DNA of 64,000 nt from Polyangiales bacterium (GCA_038231275.1 JBBRLQ010000003.1:484800-548799), one strand, 5' to 3'; counted from the stretch's first letter, positions 36,164-47,339 are shown. Notes: a model not told the origin generated them from the sequence alone. A program made the numbers and translations.

Positions 36164-37003
36164 ATGGACACCCCGCACGGGAGCCGACGAATCGAGACGA
36201 TCGCGACCAAGCTGGGGCCGCTCAGCGTGATGTGTCACGGGACCGCTGGGCCGCCCGTCGTCCTTTGGCACAGCCTCTTTCTCGACGGACGGAGCTTCGA
36301 CTCCCTCCTTCCCTCGCTGACGAACGGACGCACCGTCTTCGTCATCGATGGTCCGGGACACGGCGCGAGCCCCGGCCCAGAAGGGCCGTACTCTCTGGAC
36401 GACTGCGCAGACGCGGCGTGCGCGATCCTCGATTCGCTGGGCCTCGCGAGCGTCGATTGGATCGGCAACGCATGGGGTGGCCACGTTGGAGTGGTCCTCG
36501 CTGCGCGCGCTCCGAGTCGCCTGCGCAGCTTGGCGGCGCTGAGCTCGCCGATGCAAGCGCTCAGCGGCTTCGCGCGACTCAAGCTTGCCGCGCTCGCGCG
36601 TGTGTTCGGTGCCGTGGGCTGGCGTCCGTGGCTGCTCGAGGCCGTGAAGGACGGCCTCCTCCTCCCGGAGACACGCGCACGGCATCCGGAGACCGACGCG
36701 TACGTCGGAGAGGCGGCGACGACGCCCGGGCGCGAGCGCACTCTCCGCGCGATGAAGGGCGTCATGCTGGGCCGCCCGTCTCTCGTCGACCGGCTCGCCT
36801 CCATCGAGGTACCCGCGCTCTTCGTCACGTCCCCGCGCGATCCGATGTGGCTTCCGGAGCTCGCGCGCGAGCACGTTCGGCTCTTGCGGTGCGGTCGGCT
36901 CGAGGTGATGCCGGAGACGCGGCACGTCCCGTCCCTCGAAGACCCCGCAGCCTCGAGAGCGCTCCTGTCGGACTGGCTCGAATGTCGCGAAGCGCGTCCT
37001 TGA
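36164..37003 (+). CDS. Alpha/beta hydrolase fold protein with non-canonical GNAWGG elbow
   Basis: VVLWHSL, IDGPGHGAS, WIGNAWGG, RD, TRHVPSLE; RBS GAGG. Confidence 0.85.
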   Translation: MDTPHGSRRIETIATKLGPLSVMCHGTAGPPVVLWHSLFLDGRSFDSLLPSLTNGRTVFVIDGPGHGASPGPEGPYSLDDCADAACAILDSLGLASVDWIGNAWGGHVGVVLAARAPSRLRSLAALSSPMQALSGFARLKLAALARVFGAVGWRPWLLEAVKDGLLLPETRARHPETDAYVGEAATTPGRERTLRAMKGVMLGRPSLVDRLASIEVPALFVTSPRDPMWLPELAREHVRLLRCGRLEVMPETRHVPSLEDPAASRALLSDWLECREARP

Positions 37004-37010
37004 TCCAACG

Positions 37011-37166
37011 AAACCATTCCCCCAGGACGGCGCAACGGTCGGCGAGATCACGGTCCGCGGAAACGTGGTGATGAACGGCTACTACAACGACCCCGAGGCG
37101 ACGGCGCTCGCGATGAAGAAAGGCTACTTCCACTCCGGGGACGCCGCGGTCGTCCACCCCGACGGC
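37011..37166 (+). pseudogene. Fragment of an acyl-CoA synthetase/AMP-binding enzyme
   Basis: PQDGATVGEITVRGNVVMNGYYNDPEATALAMKKGYFHSGDAAVVHPDG. Confidence 0.8.
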
Positions 37167-37256
37167 GATGACGAAACGCGACGGCTCACGACGGACGAAA
37201 CCGAGCCGAGCGGAGGTGCGCTCAGCCGCCGTCGAAGGAGCCGCCGTCGGGGGCGT

Positions 37257-37405
37257 TCGAGGAACACGATGCGATTGCCGAAGATCGCGCCACCACGCGT
37301 CGTAGACGAGCGCACGCGTCGCCTCGAACACGCGCGACAGGACGATCTCGCGATCCAGCGACCAGGTGGTGTCAGGGCTTTTTGGGACCATGGCTCCTCT
37401 TCTTT
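37257..37405 (-). pseudogene. Deleted duplicate of the 5' part of SRPBCC gene 24939-25445
   Basis: MVPKSPDTTWSLDREIVLSRVFEATRALVYDAW joined to GAIFGNRIVFLE; few nucleotide mismatches. Confidence 0.9.
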
Positions 37406-37419
37406 CCGCGGGAGGCGGG

Positions 37420-37523
37420 ATCCCGGAAATGGGACGCGCGTCCCGTAAACGGACGGTGCTCGCGCCGCCGCGCACGACGAGAGGCTCGAATTTCAGCCGA
37501 TTCGCGCTGGCCTGCGCCTTGCG
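37420..37523 (+). promoter_or_regulatory. Sigma54 promoter with tandem upstream activator sites
   Basis: ATCCCGGAAATGGGAC (37420-37435) and GTCCCGTAAACGGAC (37440-37454); TGGCCTGCGCCTTGCG (37508-37523, GG-N10-GC). Confidence 0.7.
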
Positions 37524-37535
37524 ATGGCTGTCGTC

Positions 37536-39998
37536 ATGACCGTTCGTCAGGATGCCGCCTACGCCCTGCGCCTCCTCGTGAAGGCCCCGACGTTCGCCGT
37601 CGTCGCCGTGCTCACGTTGGGCCTCGCGATCGCCGCGAACACCGTGGTCTTCAGCGTGGTGAACGCCGTGATGCTGCGCCCGCTGCCGTACCGCGCGCCC
37701 GAGCAGCTCGTTCGCGTCGACTCGCAATTTCCGTCGCAGGGGTTCGACAAGTTTTGGGTGTCGGCCCCCGAGTACCTCGCCCTCGTTAAAGAAGCGCGCT
37801 CGTACGAGGCGATCGCCGCGTGGACGTTCGATCGCGTGAACGTGACCGGAGGCCAAGAGCCCATCGCCGCGGAGGCGGTGGCGACGACGGCGAACTTCGC
37901 GTCCGTGCTGGGCGTCTCGCCGACGCTCGGGCGCTTCTTCGACGCGAGCGAGGACACGCCCGGCGACCCGCGCGTCATCGTCATCAGTGACTCCCTGTGG
38001 CGACGCACGTTCGGCGCCGATCCCGGCATCGTCGGCAAGACGATGCGCCTCGACGCCGTCCCGGTGACGGTGCTCGGCGTCATGCCGAAGGGATTCGACT
38101 TCCCGCGCGCCGGCACGGACGCGTGGGTGCCGCTGCGCATCGACCCCAAGAAGGCCGTCCCGTACAACCACTACCTCACGCTGACCGGTCGCCTGGGCCC
38201 CGGCGTCGACGCCGCCGCCGCGCGCGCCGAGCTCGTCTCGCTGGGCAACGCGTGGCACGAGGCGGATCCGAACGGACACACGATCGCTCCGATGCATCCG
38301 CTCGTCCTCGCCGCGCTCACCGACGATCTCGTCGGTCCGGTCCGTCCTGCGCTCGTCACGCTCGAAGCAGCGGTGCTGTTCGTCCTCCTCATCGCGTGCG
38401 CCAACATCTCGAACCTCCTCCTCGCCCGGGCCGAAGCGCGGAGCGGAGAGATCGCGATTCGAGCCGCCCTCGGCGCCACGCCGCTGCGCCTCGCGCGGCA
38501 ATTCCTCACCGAGAGCCTGGTGCTGGGTCTGCTCGGAGGCGCGGCCGGCGTCGCGATGGCGTCCTGGGGCCTCGACGCCGTGGTGGCGCTCTTGCCCGAG
38601 GGCATGCCGCGCGCCAAGGAGATTGCGCTCGACGGTTCGGTCCTCCTCTTCGCGCTCGCGGTCTCCGCGGCGACGAGCCTCGTCTTCGGGCTCGCGCCGA
38701 TCCTCCACGCGCGCGGCAATCTCGGTCAGGCGCTCCGCGGCGCCACGCAGCGCTCCGTCGGCAGCGGCAGAAAGCAGCTGTTCCGCCGGGCCCTCGTCGT
38801 TATCGAGGTGGGGCTCGCGATCGTCCTCGTGGCCGGCGCGGGGATCATGACGCGGAGCTTCGCGCACCTCGCACGGGTGGACGCCGGCTTCGACCCTCGC
38901 GGCCTCGTGACCCTGGATTTTCAGCTCGATCCGCGGACGTACCCGAAGGACGAGGACGTCGATGCGTTCGTCACGCGCCTGCGCGACGGGGCCGCAGCAT
39001 TGCCGGGCGTTCGTTCGGCTGCGCTCGTCTACGGCGCGCCGCCGTCGCGGCCGGTCGTCGCGAACGACTTCGAGATCGTCGGTCGCATGCGGGCGAAGAA
39101 CGAACCGCCTTTCATCATCGACCACTGGCAGGGCATGAGCGAGGAAGGCCTGTCGACGCTCGGCGCACGCCTTGTCCTGGGGCGGACGATCGAGCGCACC
39201 GACGTGACGACGACGGAGCCGGTGGTCCTCGTGAACGAGGCCTTCGTGCGCAAGTATTTCCCCAGCGAGAGCGCCCTCGGCAAGCGAATCGTCGTGTCCC
39301 CGGGGTCCGGTGGAAAGGACAAGCCCGACATCGTCCACACCATCGTGGGCGTGGTCGCCGACATCAAGAACAGCGGTCTCGACGCGAAGGTCGGCACCGA
39401 GGTGTTCATCCCCGTGCACCAGGCGTCGCTCATCGGCTTCACGCCGCGGCAGCTGAAGCTGGTCGTGCGGACCGACGGCGACCCGCGCGCGCTCTTCGGG
39501 GCGATGCGCGCGTACGTCGCGTCGGCGGATCCGACGCTGCCCATCGCCCACCTGCAGACGATGGACGGCGTCGTCGCCGAGTCCATCGCCAAGCCCCGCT
39601 TCGTGGCGACGCTGCTCGGCGTCTTCGCGGGAATCGCGCTCTTGATGGCGGCGATCGGCATCTATGGCGTCATGGCGTACACGGTGGAGCGCCGGACGTC
39701 GGAGCTCGGGATTCGCATGGCGCTCGGCGCCAGCGCTGGGCAGGTGAAGACGATGCTGGTCGCGCAAGGGCTCGGCCTCGCGGGCGTCGGCGTGCTCGTC
39801 GGCCTGGCCTCGGCGGTGGCGCTGACCGCGGCGCTGAACCGCTGGCTCACCCCGCTCCTCTTCGAGGTCGGGAGCTTCGACCTCGCGCCGTACGCGGTGA
39901 CGGCGCCGCTCATGATCGCGGTCGCCGCGCTTGCGTGCTGGATTCCCTCCCGGCGCGCGACGCGCATTCACCCGATGGCAGCGCTGCGTCATGAGTGA
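37536..39998 (+). CDS. ABC transporter permease, duplicated MacB/FtsX type (ADOP-like)
   Basis: QDAAYALRLL.KAP.F; LLIACANISNLLLARA; EIAIRAALGA; ELGIRMALGA; P.AALRHE. Confidence 0.9.
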   Translation: MTVRQDAAYALRLLVKAPTFAVVAVLTLGLAIAANTVVFSVVNAVMLRPLPYRAPEQLVRVDSQFPSQGFDKFWVSAPEYLALVKEARSYEAIAAWTFDRVNVTGGQEPIAAEAVATTANFASVLGVSPTLGRFFDASEDTPGDPRVIVISDSLWRRTFGADPGIVGKTMRLDAVPVTVLGVMPKGFDFPRAGTDAWVPLRIDPKKAVPYNHYLTLTGRLGPGVDAAAARAELVSLGNAWHEADPNGHTIAPMHPLVLAALTDDLVGPVRPALVTLEAAVLFVLLIACANISNLLLARAEARSGEIAIRAALGATPLRLARQFLTESLVLGLLGGAAGVAMASWGLDAVVALLPEGMPRAKEIALDGSVLLFALAVSAATSLVFGLAPILHARGNLGQALRGATQRSVGSGRKQLFRRALVVIEVGLAIVLVAGAGIMTRSFAHLARVDAGFDPRGLVTLDFQLDPRTYPKDEDVDAFVTRLRDGAAALPGVRSAALVYGAPPSRPVVANDFEIVGRMRAKNEPPFIIDHWQGMSEEGLSTLGARLVLGRTIERTDVTTTEPVVLVNEAFVRKYFPSESALGKRIVVSPGSGGKDKPDIVHTIVGVVADIKNSGLDAKVGTEVFIPVHQASLIGFTPRQLKLVVRTDGDPRALFGAMRAYVASADPTLPIAHLQTMDGVVAESIAKPRFVATLLGVFAGIALLMAAIGIYGVMAYTVERRTSELGIRMALGASAGQVKTMLVAQGLGLAGVGVLVGLASAVALTAALNRWLTPLLFEVGSFDLAPYAVTAPLMIAVAALACWIPSRRATRIHPMAALRHE

Positions 39999-41499
39999 GA
40001 AGACGCTCCTCGAGATCGCGCTCGCCGTGGCGATGGCGTCCGCCGCTGGCGACGCGCGCGCAGATGGCGACGGCCTCACGCTGGGCGACGCCATGCGTCG
40101 AGCGATCGCGCACAACCCCACCCTTGCGTCCGCCGTCGTCGACGTTCAGGTCGCCGACGCGCGCGTCACCGAGGCACGCGGGCTCGACGACTTCGTGCTC
40201 GGCGCCGGCGTGACGTGGTCGCGGTCGCGAGGCCCGAACGCAGCCGCGCAGTCGACACCGACGACGCCCTACGACGCCGTGGACGCCAGCGCGTCGCTCA
40301 CTCGCCCCCTATCGACGGGGGGGAGCGTGGCGCTGAAGCTCGACGCGCCGTGGGCGCGGATCGGTGCGGCGTCGTCGACCGGAGGCGTCGGCACGCTCGA
40401 CGTTTACCAGCCGTCCGCGCAGATCGTGGCCACGCAGCCGCTCCTTCGCGGGCGCGGCTACGACGTGGCCCGTGCGCCGCTGCGCCTCGCCAACGTGAAC
40501 CGCGGCGTCGCGTCGCTCGACCTCGAGGCCCGGGCCACGACGCTCGCGCGCGACGTGGCCCGCGCCTACTGGGAGCTCGCCTTCGCCGCCGGCGCGGTGA
40601 CGGAGCATCGCTCGGCGCTCGACGCGGCGCGCGCCCAGCTCGCCGCCGTCAATGCGCAGATCGCCGTCGGCAAGGCGCCTCCGTCGGCGTCGGCGGAGGT
40701 CGAGGTGAGCGTGGCCCTCCGAGAGGACGAGAGCGTGGATGCCGACGCCGCGCTGGCCCAGCGCGCGGCGGACCTCGGGCGCCTGCTCGGGATGCCACGC
40801 GACCTCGCCGCGGCGAGCCTGCGCGCGACCGAGCGCCCACAGCTCTTCGAGCAGCCCGTGCAGGACGACGCGGTCGCGCAGGCGCTGGCGCGGAATCCCG
40901 AGATCGCCTCGCTCCACGCGCGAGCGGACGCCTTCCGCATCGGCGTCGACGTCGCGGATAGCCGGCTCTTGCCGCTGCTCGACGTCACCGCGTCGGCGGG
41001 ACCGGTGGGCGTCGCGTCGGACCCGTCGCCGGCGCTCCGCTCGCTGTCGACGTTGTCCGGCTTCACGGCGTCGGCCGGCGTGGTCTTCGAGGAGCCGATC
41101 GAGCGCCGCGCCGCGAAGGGCGCGCTCGAAGCGGCGCGCGGGGGCGTCCAGAAAGCGTCGCTCGCCGAGGTCGACGCGCGCGCCCGCGTCGCCACGGACG
41201 TCGCGAACGCCGCGACCGCGCTCGACGCGAGCCGCCGCCGCGTCGCGTTGCTCACGCGCGCCACGCAGGTCGCCGAGCTCGACCTCGAGGGGGAGACGGC
41301 GCGCTTCCAAGCGAATCGGTCGACGAGCTTCGACGTGCTTCGCCGCCAGCAGGCGCTCGCCGATACGCGCCTGCGCCTGCTCCGCGCGCAGGCCGACCAT
41401 GCCGAGGCGATGCTCGCCATCGACGCGCTTTCGGGCGACCTCCTCGCGCGACACGGCCTCGCGATGCGCGGCATCGGGAACGCGGAGGAGCATCGATGA
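39991..41499 (+). CDS. TolC-family outer membrane efflux protein
   Basis: LTLGDAMRRAIAHNP; TQPLLRG; VARAYWEL; ALARNPEI; STSFDVL. Confidence 0.85.
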   Translation: MSEKTLLEIALAVAMASAAGDARADGDGLTLGDAMRRAIAHNPTLASAVVDVQVADARVTEARGLDDFVLGAGVTWSRSRGPNAAAQSTPTTPYDAVDASASLTRPLSTGGSVALKLDAPWARIGAASSTGGVGTLDVYQPSAQIVATQPLLRGRGYDVARAPLRLANVNRGVASLDLEARATTLARDVARAYWELAFAAGAVTEHRSALDAARAQLAAVNAQIAVGKAPPSASAEVEVSVALREDESVDADAALAQRAADLGRLLGMPRDLAAASLRATERPQLFEQPVQDDAVAQALARNPEIASLHARADAFRIGVDVADSRLLPLLDVTASAGPVGVASDPSPALRSLSTLSGFTASAGVVFEEPIERRAAKGALEAARGGVQKASLAEVDARARVATDVANAATALDASRRRVALLTRATQVAELDLEGETARFQANRSTSFDVLRRQQALADTRLRLLRAQADHAEAMLAIDALSGDLLARHGLAMRGIGNAEEHR

Positions 41500-42773
41500 G
41501 CACGCCGTTCGAGCTCGGAGGACGCGTGAGCAACGACGTCGCGCGCCGCGTGCCGCCGAAGTCGCGCAAACGCGTCGTCGTCGTCGCCGCGGTCGTCGTT
41601 GCGGCGGCCGCGCTCACCATCGTGCTTGCGCGCGCGTCTCGGGGCGCGCCGGTGATCGAGCGCGCGACGGTGCTCTTGGAGACGGTGAAGCGCGGGCCGA
41701 TGGTGCGCGACGTCCAGGGCGTCGGTGTCCTCGTCCCCGAGCAGATTCGCTGGCTCACCGCAACGACGCCGGCGCGCGTGGCCGAGGTGCGCGCGCGCTC
41801 CGGCGCCTCGGTGGCCGCCGATGACGTCGTCGTCGTGCTCGACAACCCCGACCTGGTCCTCGCCTCACTCGAGGCCGAGCGCCAGCAGACCGCAGCCGAG
41901 GCGGAGCTCGTGAAGCTCGAGGCCCGCACCAAGAGCGAGCGCCTCGCGCAGGAGGCGGCGATCCTCGGCCTCTCGGCGGACGCGAACGACAGCTCCCGCC
42001 GCGCGCAGGCCGACGACGAGCTCGCCAAGCGCGGCTTCCTTTCGCCGCTCGAAATGGCGCAATCGCGCGGCCGCGCCGAAGCGCTGGGCGGTCGCGTCGG
42101 CCTCGAGAAAAAGCGGCTATCCGCGTACGAGCAGCAAGCCGGCGCCGAGCTCGCGTCGCAGAAGGCGCAGGTCGAGCGGCTCAAATCGATCGCCGCGTTC
42201 CGCCGTCATCAGCTCGATCTCTTGCAGGTGCGCGCGGGCACCGCCGGCGTCCTCTCGGACGTGCCCGTCCAGATCGGGCAGTGGGTCACCGCCGGCACCG
42301 TCCTCGGCAAGGTCGCCGAGCCCGACAAGCTGAAGGCGGAGCTGCGCGTGTCCGAGACGCTCGCCAAGGACGTCGCCCTGGGCCAGCCATGCACCGTCGA
42401 TACCCGCAACGGCCTGGTCGTCGGCAAGGTTGCGCGCATCGACGGCGCGGTGCAAGCGGGCGCGGTGAAGATCGACGTCACCTTCGAGGGCCCGCTCCCC
42501 GCCGGCGCGCGGCCCGATCTCAGCGTCGACGGCCGCGTCGAGATCGAGCGCATCGCCGACGCGCTGTACGTCGCGCGCCCGCCGACCGTGGTGCCCGACG
42601 GGCCGGCCACGCTGTTCCGCGTGGTCGGCGACGAAGCGGTGCGCGTCCCCGTCCGCCTCGGGCGCGCGTCGGTGAAGAACGTCCAGGTCACCGCCGGCCT
42701 CTCCGCAGGGGACACGGTGATCGTGTCGGACACCGCGGCGTGGCCGCAGGTCGATCGGTTTCGGCTGAAGTGA
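41496..42773 (+). CDS. Efflux periplasmic adaptor (HlyD/MacA-like)
   Basis: TM, TVKRGPMVRDVQG.G.LVPE, coiled coil, ARPDLSVDG.VEIE, GLSAGDTVIVSD. Confidence 0.85.
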   Translation: MSTPFELGGRVSNDVARRVPPKSRKRVVVVAAVVVAAAALTIVLARASRGAPVIERATVLLETVKRGPMVRDVQGVGVLVPEQIRWLTATTPARVAEVRARSGASVAADDVVVVLDNPDLVLASLEAERQQTAAEAELVKLEARTKSERLAQEAAILGLSADANDSSRRAQADDELAKRGFLSPLEMAQSRGRAEALGGRVGLEKKRLSAYEQQAGAELASQKAQVERLKSIAAFRRHQLDLLQVRAGTAGVLSDVPVQIGQWVTAGTVLGKVAEPDKLKAELRVSETLAKDVALGQPCTVDTRNGLVVGKVARIDGAVQAGAVKIDVTFEGPLPAGARPDLSVDGRVEIERIADALYVARPPTVVPDGPATLFRVVGDEAVRVPVRLGRASVKNVQVTAGLSAGDTVIVSDTAAWPQVDRFRLK

Positions 42774-42787
42774 AAGAAGCGCAGGCC

Positions 42788-43510
<723 letters not shown>

Positions 43511-43618
43511 AATTTCTGGAGCTCGTCGCGCGACATGGCGGTGCGCATGTCCGCCACGCTGCAAACTCGCGTATTTCGGCCGTCGGGCGCCCGGGCTCCG
43601 TCTGAGCGCGAACGCCCC

Positions 43619-45013
43619 ATGCCCGCGCGCGCCCTTCGAGTGCTCGTCGCCGACGACCAGCCAGACGTCCGCGAAGCGCTCCGTTTGCTCCTGAAATCGG
43701 AGGGCTTCGGTGTGAGCGGCGCCGCCTCGCCCGCCGAGGTGCTCGCGGCCATCGCTGCCGGCGAGCACGACGTCGCGCTCCTCGATCTCAACTACGCGCG
43801 CGACACGACCTCGGGGCAGGAGGGCTGCCAGCTCGTCGCCAAGGTCCTCGAGCTCGACCCGACGCTGCCCATCGTGGTGATGACGGCGTGGGGGAGCATC
43901 GAAGGCGCAGTCGAGGCCGTGCGCCGCGGCGCGCGCGACTACGTGCAGAAGCCTTGGGACGGCACGCGCCTCGTCACGATCCTGCGCAAGGAGGCGGAGT
44001 ACGGCGCCACGTTGCGACGATCGCGCCGACTCGAGACCGGCGCCTCGCGCGAGCGCGGGATGCAGCTGCCGGCGATCGTCGCCCACGACGCCGCGTTTCA
44101 GCACATCCTCTCGGTGGTGGAGCGCGTCGCGCCGTCGGAGGCCAACGTCCTCATCACCGGCGAGCACGGCACGGGCAAGGAGGTGGTCGCCCGGCTCCTT
44201 CACGAGCGCTCGGCGCGCGCCGGCAAGCCGTTCACAGCCGTCGACGCGGGCGGGCTCTCTCCGGCGCTCTTCGAGAGCGAGCTGTTCGGGCACGTGCGCG
44301 GCGCGTTCACCGACGCGAAGACCGACCGCGTCGGCTGCTTCGAGATCGCCTGCGGGGGCACGCTCTTCCTCGACGAAATCGGAAACCTCGCCATGCCGCA
44401 GCAAGCCAAGCTCCTGCGCGTGCTCCAGACCGGGGAGTTTCATGCGGTGGGATCTTCGAAGACGCGAACGGCCGACGTCCGCCTGCTCGCTGCCACCAAC
44501 ATCGACGTGCGCACGGAGGTGGAGGAGGGTCGCTTCCGCGAGGATCTCCTCTACCGGCTGAACACCGTGGAGCTTCACCTCCCTCCGCTGCGTGAGCGTC
44601 GCGCCGACATCGTGCCCCTCGCCCGTCATTTCACCGAGCGCGTGGCGCGCCGCTACGGGCGGCCTGGATGCGAGCTCACGCCCGCGGCGTGCGATGCGCT
44701 CGGTCGGCATGCGTGGCCCGGCAACGTGCGCGAGCTGGAGCACACCATCGAGCGCGCGCTGCTCATGGCGCGCGGCGACGCGATCGACGAAGCCGACCTC
44801 GGCCTCGGACCCGCGAGCGCGCGGGGACGGGCGTCGAGCGCGCCCGCCAGCGCCGCCGCGACGCTCGAGGAAGCCGAACGCCAGACGATCCGCGAAGCCC
44901 TCGAACGATGTGGCGGGAACGTGAGCGCGGCGGCGGCAGTCCTCGGCGTGAGCCGAAGCGCGCTCTACCGGAGGCTCCAGCACCATGGGATCAAGACCGG
45001 CGGCGCGGGCTGA
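43619..45013 (+). CDS. Sigma54-dependent response regulator (NtrC family)
   Basis: Receiver (ADD, LLDLN, KPW); GEHGTGKE; ESELFGH..GAFTDA; LFLDEI; WPGNVREL; Fis-type HTH. Confidence 0.95.
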   Translation: MPARALRVLVADDQPDVREALRLLLKSEGFGVSGAASPAEVLAAIAAGEHDVALLDLNYARDTTSGQEGCQLVAKVLELDPTLPIVVMTAWGSIEGAVEAVRRGARDYVQKPWDGTRLVTILRKEAEYGATLRRSRRLETGASRERGMQLPAIVAHDAAFQHILSVVERVAPSEANVLITGEHGTGKEVVARLLHERSARAGKPFTAVDAGGLSPALFESELFGHVRGAFTDAKTDRVGCFEIACGGTLFLDEIGNLAMPQQAKLLRVLQTGEFHAVGSSKTRTADVRLLAATNIDVRTEVEEGRFREDLLYRLNTVELHLPPLRERRADIVPLARHFTERVARRYGRPGCELTPAACDALGRHAWPGNVRELEHTIERALLMARGDAIDEADLGLGPASARGRASSAPASAAATLEEAERQTIREALERCGGNVSAAAAVLGVSRSALYRRLQHHGIKTGGAG

Positions 45014-46397
45014 AGCGCCCCTCGTGGTGGCGGCGCCGGCGCGCGTGCTCCCCGCGGGGGCGCGGCCAGCGCCGGGACGGTGGTCGTTCGAGACGCGCGT
45101 GCTTCTGCGCGCCCTCGCCGGCGCCGCGCCCGGCGTCGCGCTCGCAGCGTTCCTCCTCGCGGCGAGCGATCTGCGCGCCAAGGATGCCTGGGCGCTCGCG
45201 GGCCTCGTCGTGGCCTCCGCCGTTGGTTTCGCGCTCGCGCAGCGCGCGGCAGTGTCGCGGCAGTTCTCGACGATCGAGAACCTCGTCGGTGCCGTTCGCG
45301 AAGGGGACTATTCGTTCCGCGTCCGCCATTCGGGCGGCGGCGACTCGGTCTCGTCCGCGATGCGCGAGCTCAACATGCTGGGCGCGGCGCTCCGCGCGCA
45401 GCGCACGCAAGCGATCGAGGCCTCGGCGCTTCTCGACAAAGTCATGCAGGCGATCGACGTGGCGGTCTTCGCCTTCGATGCGGAGGAGGTGCTCCGGCTC
45501 GTGAACCTCGCGGGCGAGCGCCTGCTCGGGGGCACGCACGCGCGCCTCGTGGGCGCCCGCGCCGCGGACCTTGGTCTCGGATCGCTCCTCACGGGCGCGC
45601 CGGTGCGGACGTTCGAGGCCGAGCTCGGCTCGAGTCGCGGCCGATGGGAGCTGCGTCGCGCCACGTTCCGCCTTCATGGGTTGCCCCACGAGCTCGTCGT
45701 CGTCGCCGACTTGAAGCGCGCGCTCCGCGAGGAGGAGCGCGTCGCGTGGCAGCGCCTCGTCCGCGTGTTCGGGCACGAAATCAACAACTCGCTCGCTCCG
45801 ATTCACTCCATCGCAACGCAGATGCACCAGGCCATGAACAAGCCCGCGCGGCCCGATGACTGGGAGGAGGACCTCGAGACCGGTCTCTCGATCATCGCGC
45901 GCCGGGCGGCGTCGCTCCAGCGCTTCCTGGGCGCGTACGCGAAGCTGACGCGTTTGCCACCGCCGCGCTTCGGAGAGGTGGACGTCGCCACGTGGGTGTC
46001 GCGCGCGGCAGAGCTCGAGGCGCGCGTGCTGGTGACGGTTCGCGGCGGGCCGGCGGTGACCCTCGAGGCCGACGGCGATCAGCTCGATCAGCTGCTCATC
46101 AACCTGGTGCGCAACGCGGCCGAGGCGGCGCTCGAGGTGGGCGGCTCCGTCGCTCTCTCGTGGACCGTCGGCGTCGGCGTCGTCGAGGTTCGCGTCGAGG
46201 ACGACGGGCCAGGGATCGCCGACACCGAGAACCTCTTCGTCCCGTTCTTCACGACCAAGCCCACGGGCACCGGCATCGGCCTCGTCCTGTGCCGTCAGAT
46301 CGCCGAGGCGCACGGCGGCTCGGTCGTGCTCGAGCCCGCGTCGCCGGTCCCCGAGCGGCGGGGGTGCGTCGCCCGCGTTCGGTTGCCCTCAGGCTGA
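44985..46397 (+). CDS. Sensor histidine kinase cognate to the NtrC-type regulator
   Basis: AWQRLVRVFGHEINNSL; NLVRNA; DDGPGI; FVPFFTTK..GTGIGL; start uncertain. Confidence 0.9.
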   Translation: MGSRPAARAEAPLVVAAPARVLPAGARPAPGRWSFETRVLLRALAGAAPGVALAAFLLAASDLRAKDAWALAGLVVASAVGFALAQRAAVSRQFSTIENLVGAVREGDYSFRVRHSGGGDSVSSAMRELNMLGAALRAQRTQAIEASALLDKVMQAIDVAVFAFDAEEVLRLVNLAGERLLGGTHARLVGARAADLGLGSLLTGAPVRTFEAELGSSRGRWELRRATFRLHGLPHELVVVADLKRALREEERVAWQRLVRVFGHEINNSLAPIHSIATQMHQAMNKPARPDDWEEDLETGLSIIARRAASLQRFLGAYAKLTRLPPPRFGEVDVATWVSRAAELEARVLVTVRGGPAVTLEADGDQLDQLLINLVRNAAEAALEVGGSVALSWTVGVGVVEVRVEDDGPGIADTENLFVPFFTTKPTGTGIGLVLCRQIAEAHGGSVVLEPASPVPERRGCVARVRLPSG

Positions 46398-46498
46398 CGT
46401 CGCCGCGATTTCGTTTCACGGCGGCGGTCGCGAGCTCGCGCGGCGCCGCGATCCAGGACGGCGCCGCGTCCGGCCCGGTCGTTGCTGATAGGGGCGTC

Positions 46499-47205
46499 AT
46501 GACCTGGACGACTCTCCCCTTTTGCGGCCTTCGTAACACGCGCGGTCTCCGCAACAATCCTCCTCGCGGCCGCCGTCACCAACGGCTGCGCGGCGAGCGC
46601 CGACGACAGAGAAGGCGAGACCGGCACCGCGGCCGACGAGCTGCGGCAAGGAACTCCCTACCCTGGCGTGAAACGGGCCCAACTGCCTCGGCAGCACGTA
46701 CAACTGCGGCTTCCGCGACGTCGGCGGCAACCGCGTCGTTGCTCCCGACGGCGGCCTCTATTGGCGCTTCGACAAGGGCAGCATCATCCGCGACGGCGAC
46801 GGCGCGGCGATGGCCCCTTCGACCAACACCGTCGCGTGGATCAACTTCGGCCAGCTGCGTGTGCTCGACGGAAATCTGCACGTCCTGGCGACGGCGACCT
46901 CGGTTGGCTCCACGGGCTGGATCCCTCGATCGCTTCGACGCGAGAGCGACGCTGAAGGCACGCATCGGCAACGTCGACGCGAAGGGCGCCGCCCTCGGCA
47001 AGCTGGGTTGCTATGAGGTGAGCGACTCGAACGCTCCATCGCGATCGCGCTCTACGTTCAGGACGCCGCGCACGGCAAACGCTACCTCAAAAAGGACGGG
47101 ATCATGCGGTTTCTCTACGGCTACGTGCCCTCGGCGAGCGGAGAGAAGCGCTTCGGCTGGATGGCGGAAGAAGCGCTCCACGTGGAGGCCAACGGCTGCA
47201 AGTAG
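46499..47205 (+). pseudogene. Frameshifted secreted lipoprotein gene
   Basis: Stitched frames give signal ...LLAAAVTNGC, GVNGPNCLGSTYNCGF, WINFGQ, TGWIP, LGCYEV, FLYGYV...KRFGWMA*; at least 4 frame breaks. Confidence 0.7.
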
Positions 47206-47304
47206 GGTTGACGAGGCGACCGCGGCCGAAGCAAGTGCCAGCGGCTGCAGCGCGCACCTTTCCGATCCTCGCTCGCCTCGGCTTTGTGCGCTGACCTCGT
47301 CCTT

Positions 47305-47339
47305 TTGCGAAAGTACCAGGTTTCTAGTACATTTACCCG
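47305..47339 (+). promoter_or_regulatory. parDE promoter/operator (leaderless)
   Basis: TTGCGA-N17-TACATT-N6-ATG; imperfect inverted repeat AAGTACCAG/CTAGTACAT. Confidence 0.65.

Noticed and set aside
37257-37405. SRPBCC duplicate as a DGR template/variable repeat
   Set aside because: The mismatches are not adenine-specific and no reverse transcriptase is present in the window.
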